The notes under the pieces: generated by a model
What the model was told of the DNA's origin: nothing
What the model saw: only the letters and a program-made list of their open reading frames with translations
The model's database searches: none
Shown here: positions 58,597 to 64,000 of the stretch, one piece after another
How positions within the stretch are numbered: position 1 is the first letter of the stretch
Layout of the letters: each line of letters begins with the position of its first letter
NCBI GenBank assembly: GCA_038087875.1
Contig: CM075988.1
Span: 26,228,001 to 26,292,000 of the forward strand
Source of the DNA: Malacoraja senta
Lineage: Eukaryota
Reading direction: 5' to 3'
Length of the DNA stretch: 64,000 bases
Program-made: the position numbers and the translations under genes

Positions 58597-59889
58597 TCTC
58601 GACCTGAAACGTCACCTATTCCTTCGCTCCATAGATGCTGCCTCACCCGCTTAGTTTCTCCAGCATTTTCGTCTACCTGGAATGGTGCTTGCAATTCTGG
58701 CCCCTTATCTAGGAAAGAACATAGTAGCAAAATACAGTAACTGGTCCATTTACAGATAAGAGACTATCTTATTACGAGATACTAAATAATGTTTGATTGG
58801 TATTCTTTGCAGTTGAGAAGAGTAAGGGGTGATGTTATGGAAATGTGATGTCCCAAGGAGATGACAGACATCCTGGTCTCTTTCCCGCTGTGTAATGGCT
58901 CAGAGCTGGTGCCGGTCCAGACAGCCCAATGCCTTTGTCTTTCATCTGTCTCCACCAAGCTTTACAGAATTCTCTTGTTGTCAAATTTAGTTCTTCCTGT
59001 TCTGTCATTTTCCCCTTCTCTCTCGGTTTTTGCCGATCTCGGTTTCACTTCTTCTATCCATTTCTCGGCCTCTCTTTTCCCTGCCCGTTTTCTCCGTTTC
59101 TTGCTCCCTCGTTCAGTTCCGTTGTCTTATCTCAGTGTTTCTTTTACAGCCTCATTTCCTGTCGCCCCCCCCCCCCCCCACCCCTCCACACTCTGTACCT
59201 GCGATGAGCCTCCTGGCCCACTGTCCACTAACTAACTCATGGGTACACAAAAATGCTGGAGAAACTCAGCGGGTGCGGCAGCATCTATGGAGCGAAGGAA
59301 ATAGGCAACGTTTCGGGCCGAATTTTCTGCTCTAATAACCAATAGCCAGACCTCGAAAGTTTACTATTGTGGATGTTGACATTGTTACTGGATGAGGAAC
59401 AGGCGACTATTGATCCAGTATTATATTTTAATGAGAATTAAACATTATTCAGCACATTTCTTGCAATGGGGTCAGATGGACGGAGCAGAGACTAGTTAGC
59501 AGTTGCGTTTAATGTGGTCTGACCTCCAGTTACACTGTGGAGCCACATTCATGGTCACCGATACCGAATATATATGCAGATGTGGTCAAGGTAGAACCAC
59601 TGATACATTCAATGATATCAAGTCTGAAGAAGGGTCTCGACCCAAAACCCCACCCATTCCTTCTCTCCAGAGATGCTGCCTGACCCGCTGAGTTACTCTA
59701 ACATTTTGTGTCTACCTTCAATGATATCAATATAGATTCTAAAATTAGTTCAGATACTAATGTAAAATATGGCAGTTAATTAATTTCAGTGTAGAAATTG
59801 TTCTTCTTCTCCAGTCCAAAAAATCCCAATTTACCCCCAGCCGCTCCCAGGTCACATACTTCATAACTGTCAGGTGTTCACTTTCATAC

Positions 59890-60197
59890 TTTTAGTTTAG
59901 TTTAGAGATACAGCGGGGAAACAGGCCCTTCGGCCCACCGATTCAGCGCCAACAAATGATCCCCACACACGAACACTATCCTACACACACAGGGGACAAT
60001 TTATAATTATACCAAACCAATTAGCCTACAAACCTGTATGTCTTTGGAGTGTGGGAGGAAACCGGAGCACCCGGAGAAAACCCACGCAGCTCACAGGGAG
60101 AACGTACAAACTCTGTACAGACAGCACCAGTAGTCATGATCGAACCTGGGTCTCTGGCGCTGTGAGGCAGCAACTCTACCGTTGCGACACCGTGCCA
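59890..60197 (-). mobile_element. HE1-type V-SINE, near full length
   Basis: (TTTAG)n tail at 59891; head cggtgtcgcaacggtagagttgctgcctcacagcgccagagaccc on the reverse strand. Confidence 0.85.
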
Positions 60198-60884
60198 CAC
60201 ATGTGGAAAGGGAAAGGACAGTTCCTTATAACTGAGGAAGGGTTACAGACGCGAGACATCGATTCCCTTTCCACAGATACCTCCTGACCCGCTGTGTGTG
60301 TCCAGTGTTTTCTGTTTTCACACAGTGGGTGGTGGGTGTCGTGTAAAGAGCTAGCTGCCCAGGGTTGGTGGGTGGGAAGGGGCAGGTTGAAGCAGGTACA
60401 TGGATAAACAACATTTAAAAGACATTTGGACAGGTACATGGATAAAAACTTTAGAGGTATATGCCAAATATGGGCATGTGTGACTAGTGTAGATGGGGTA
60501 TCTGGGTCAGCGTGGGCAAGTTGGGCCGAAGGGCCTGTTTCCAATCTGTACAACTCTATTTCAGATTTCCAGCATTTGCAGTGTATATTTTTAAACTTAG
60601 CCTCATTTTCGTACTTCAATCATTCAATTGAAATCACGTTCTGTGGGAATCCTCCCCCTTCTCTTCAGTTCCAAGTTTCTTTGAATTTCAGTGCTGCTTC
60701 TCTAGCTTAGTTTCAGATTAATTCAAATGAAACCTTTTATTGACATAAAAGCCTTAGTTCCCTTGGGCATTTCCCAATGATTCAGCAGCTCATCAATCAC
60801 TGTTGGCCAAGTGACTGGGAAAGGTAACATGTACACATCAGAGCCTCACACTGACAGGTGACTCACTGAGCTGGAAACCTGCTA

Positions 60885-61150
60885 GAGTTGCGCAGCGGGT
60901 AGTGTTGCTGCCTCACAGCGCCATAGACCCAGGTTCCATCCTGACCTCTGGTGCTGTCTGTGTGGAGTTCCCACGTTCTCCCTGTGACCACGTGGGTTTT
61001 CTCCGGGTGCTCTGGTTTCCTCCCACATCCAAAGACGTGCGGGTTTGAAAGGTGAACTGTCCTCTGTACATTGCCACTAGTGTGTTAGCAGCGATGATTG
61101 GCATAGACTTGGTGAGACAAAGGACCCAATTCCACGCTGCCTCACTAATC
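60885..61150 (+). mobile_element. HE1-type V-SINE
   Basis: gcgcagcgggtagtgttgctgcctcacagcgccatagacccaggttc...V domain. Confidence 0.8.
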
Positions 61151-62084
61151 TCAACAAGACATTTGCTGGTGGGAGTCTGAATGTATTTGAGTTTGTTCCC
61201 TCTGCCTCAGGGACTGGGTGAGTGAGGAACCACATTCATCAGAATACAAAGCACACGCCAGTCCTCGGTGACAGTGTTTGCTATGTGTGTGACTGACCAC
61301 AAATTGCAAAACATTCTTTAATGCAGCATGAAGCCTTTTATCCAAGACAAGCCAAGCACACACCCAGTTTCTGTTTATGATTTGTCAGGAAAGGTCACAG
61401 ACAGGAATCACTACGTGATGCCGTTTGTCATTGACTGCCAGGTCTTCACGTCTCATGGGGAAAGCATTTAGTTCAATTTTCAAAAACTCAGGTAATTATT
61501 GAGAAATACTGGAAAATATAAGCCACATTTCCGCAAGTCCGCTCTGCTAATGTGCAGCTGAGCAGTAGTTCCTGATTCTGCCGTTCAAACCTTTACTTCA
61601 GGTTGTGTCTGGCTGAGCTCCAGCTCCCAAGTGTTCACAATGCCACATGCCCACAACCACGTGAATCAATTAGAAGAGAGAACAGTACAGCACAGGAACA
61701 GGCCCTTCGGCCCACAATGTCTGTGCCGAACATGATGCCAAGTTAAACTGATCTCATCTGTATGTGATCCATATCCCTCTTGTAGCCACCGTCCACACAC
61801 ACATGTCTAAAAGCCTCTTAAACACCACCATCGTATCTGCCTCCACCACCACTCCAGGCCCCACCACTCTGTGTAAGAAAAACTTGCCCCGTACATCTCA
61901 TTTAAACTTTCCCCTCTCACACCATAGTGCCCTCTAGTCTTGGGAAAAAGTATTTCTTCTCATCTCAGTCCAAAATGGCCAACTATATATATCCCAAAAC
62001 AATGAACATTAGCCCAGGATTCCCAGAAAACAGCTGCTCAAATCAATAGCAACACATTAGACTGCTCAGCCTGGCATTAGTAAT

Positions 62085-62365
62085 CAGGGTCTCGACCCAA
62101 AACGTCACCTATCCATGTTCTCCACAGATGCTGCCTGACCCGCTGAGTTACTCCAGCACTCTGTGAAACATCACCTATCCATGTTCTCCACAGATGCTGC
62201 CTGACCCGCTGAGTTACTCCAGCACTCTGTGAAACGTCACCTATCCATGTTCTCCACAGATGCTGCCTGACCCGCTGAGTTACTCCAGCACTCTGTGAAA
62301 CATCACCTATCCATGTTCTCCACAGATGCTGCCTGACCCACTGAGTTACTCCAGCACTTTGTCTC
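62085..62365 (+). repeat. Four tandem 66-bp Penelope-type units
   Basis: Period 66 (62100, 62166, ...): aaacgtcacctatccatgttctccacagatgctgcctgacccgctgagttactccagcactctgtg. Confidence 0.9.
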
Positions 62366-63244
62366 CTTTTGTGATCAATAGCATCCGCTCCTTGAAGCTA
62401 ACACAAATCCAGAACTCCTGCACACAATGGTACAAATCAAAAAGGCTCCTTAGGAACAGCTGTCAGCATGCAAATGCCAGCGAGAATCAGGATGTTACTC
62501 CCAAAAATGGGGGAAACTAAAATAAAGGAAGCAAAAAGAGAGTGAATGAGAATAGATTAGCTGCTAATTTAAATGGGAATTCACAAATGATTTAAAGAGT
62601 AAAAAGGCAGTAGAGAGGAGCATGGTTTACTCAGAAGAATAATGGGACCTTGCAGACTGATGCGGAGGGGAGTGTTACAGTATTCAATGAGCTCTTTGCA
62701 TCTTGTCTTTGCCAGTGAAGAGGGTACTTCCAAGGTAACAGCGTAAGAGGAGATTATTGAGAAAACAAAATATTATAAAACTTGAATAAGAAGGAACTGC
62801 AGATGCCAGTTTACACCAAATACAGACACAAAAAGCTGGAGTAACTCAGCGGTTCAGGCAGCATATCGAGAAAAGCAACAGGTGATGTTTCAGGTCAAGA
62901 CCCTATATCAGTCTGAGAGTCAGGGGAGAGGAAAACCAGAGATGTGTTACCTGTATCTCTCCCGATCCCTACACTGCTAAAGGAACTCGACCCGAAACGT
63001 TACCTATTCCCGATAAATATCGAGGTTTTGGAAAAGTTGGCAAACTAAGATCCAAGGGAATCTCCAGAGGAAATCACAGGGATGGTGACCCGTAGTCTGT
63101 CAATGTTGTTTGGGTACAGGGTGATGCTGGAGGGTGGGAGAGTGGTGAATATTATTGGACACAAAGTGCTGGAGTAACCTAACGGCTCAGGCAGCATCTC
63201 TGGAGAACGTGGATAGATAATGTTCTGGGTGGGGACGAGGAAGA

Positions 63245-63505
63245 TTGCAAACAGCCCGGTCCATCACGGTTACTGACCTCTCCACCATCCAAAGTCCAGC
63301 ACAGTTACTGACCTTCTCATCATCCAAGGCATCTATAGCAGTTGCTGCTTCAAAACGGCAGCCAGCATCGTCAGCGACCCACACCACCCTGACCACACTC
63401 ACATTTCACTCCTGCCTTCAGGAAGAAGGTACAAGAGTCTGAAAATTGTAATGTCCAGGTTCAGGAGCAGCTTCTTCCCAACAACCATCAGGCTATTAAA
63501 CACCT
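63245..63505 (+). mobile_element. Rex1/Babar LINE C-terminal fragment
   Basis: SITVTDLSTI...HPDHT...LLPSGRRYKSL...RFRSSFFPTTIRLLN-like remnants. Confidence 0.7.
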
Positions 63506-64000
63506 GAAACTCATACGATCATAAGGCCATAAGTGATAGGAATAGAATTAGGCCATTCGGCCCATCAAGTCTACACCATTTAATCATGGCTGATCCATCT
63601 CTCCCTCCTAACCCCATTCTCCTTCCTTCTCCCCGTAACCTCTGACACTCTCTGACATGCTCCAACTAATCTCCAAACTACAAACGGTCTTGATTGCACC
63701 AGGGACTTGGGGGGTGATGCTTCTGTCGTGGAACCATTGTTTGCTTGTTTTCATATATTGAACTGTTTGTTGATGAAGGTGACTATGTTTACATATCTGT
63801 TGTTGCTGCTGCTGCAAGAAAGGATGGCACTGTTCCGTGTCAGGACCAATGACAATAAAACACTCTTGACTCTCCTTCAGTCTGAAGTCTGAAAAAAAAG
63901 GATTTTGACCCAAAACATCACCTATCCATGTTCTTCAGAGATGCTGCCTGGCCCATTGAGTTACTCCAGCACTTTGTGTCCTTTTGTATAAACCAGCATC

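Noticed and set aside
58030..58740. 236-, 191- and 119-aa ORFs
   Set aside because: They result from a stop-free purine minisatellite flanked by SINE and Penelope-type repeats.
60885..60950. tRNA genes
   Set aside because: The tRNA-like segments are V-SINE heads without a full cloverleaf.

Overview
Vertebrate nuclear DNA. The HE1-type V-SINEs, CR1 LINEs and Penelope-derived short repeats suggest a cartilaginous fish, probably a skate or ray (inference). Three spliced genes can be assembled by hand with GT-AG junctions and consistent phases. (1) MZB1/pERp1-like ER co-chaperone (+, 4 coding exons, 15515-24093, 202 aa, CxxC, C-terminal KDEM). (2) IL10RA-like class II cytokine receptor (+, 7 exons, 29757-44475, about 460 aa, two FNIII domains, TM, box1, DSG motif, two YxxQ). 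(3) SMIM35-like single-pass microprotein (-, 5 coding exons, 54138-47307) with an in-frame TGA just after the TM helix, although the downstream exons stay open and conserved. A CpG-island promoter lies at about 7.9-8.3 kb. The rest is dense in transposons: a young 5'-truncated CR1 with an open RT frame, older CR1 and Rex1/Babar fragments, V-SINEs, DeuSINE-like relics, a Harbinger-like MITE, several minisatellites, and more than 20 Penelope-type short elements carrying a minimal hammerhead-ribozyme-like core. Most ORFs in the supplied track are spurious or repeat-derived.
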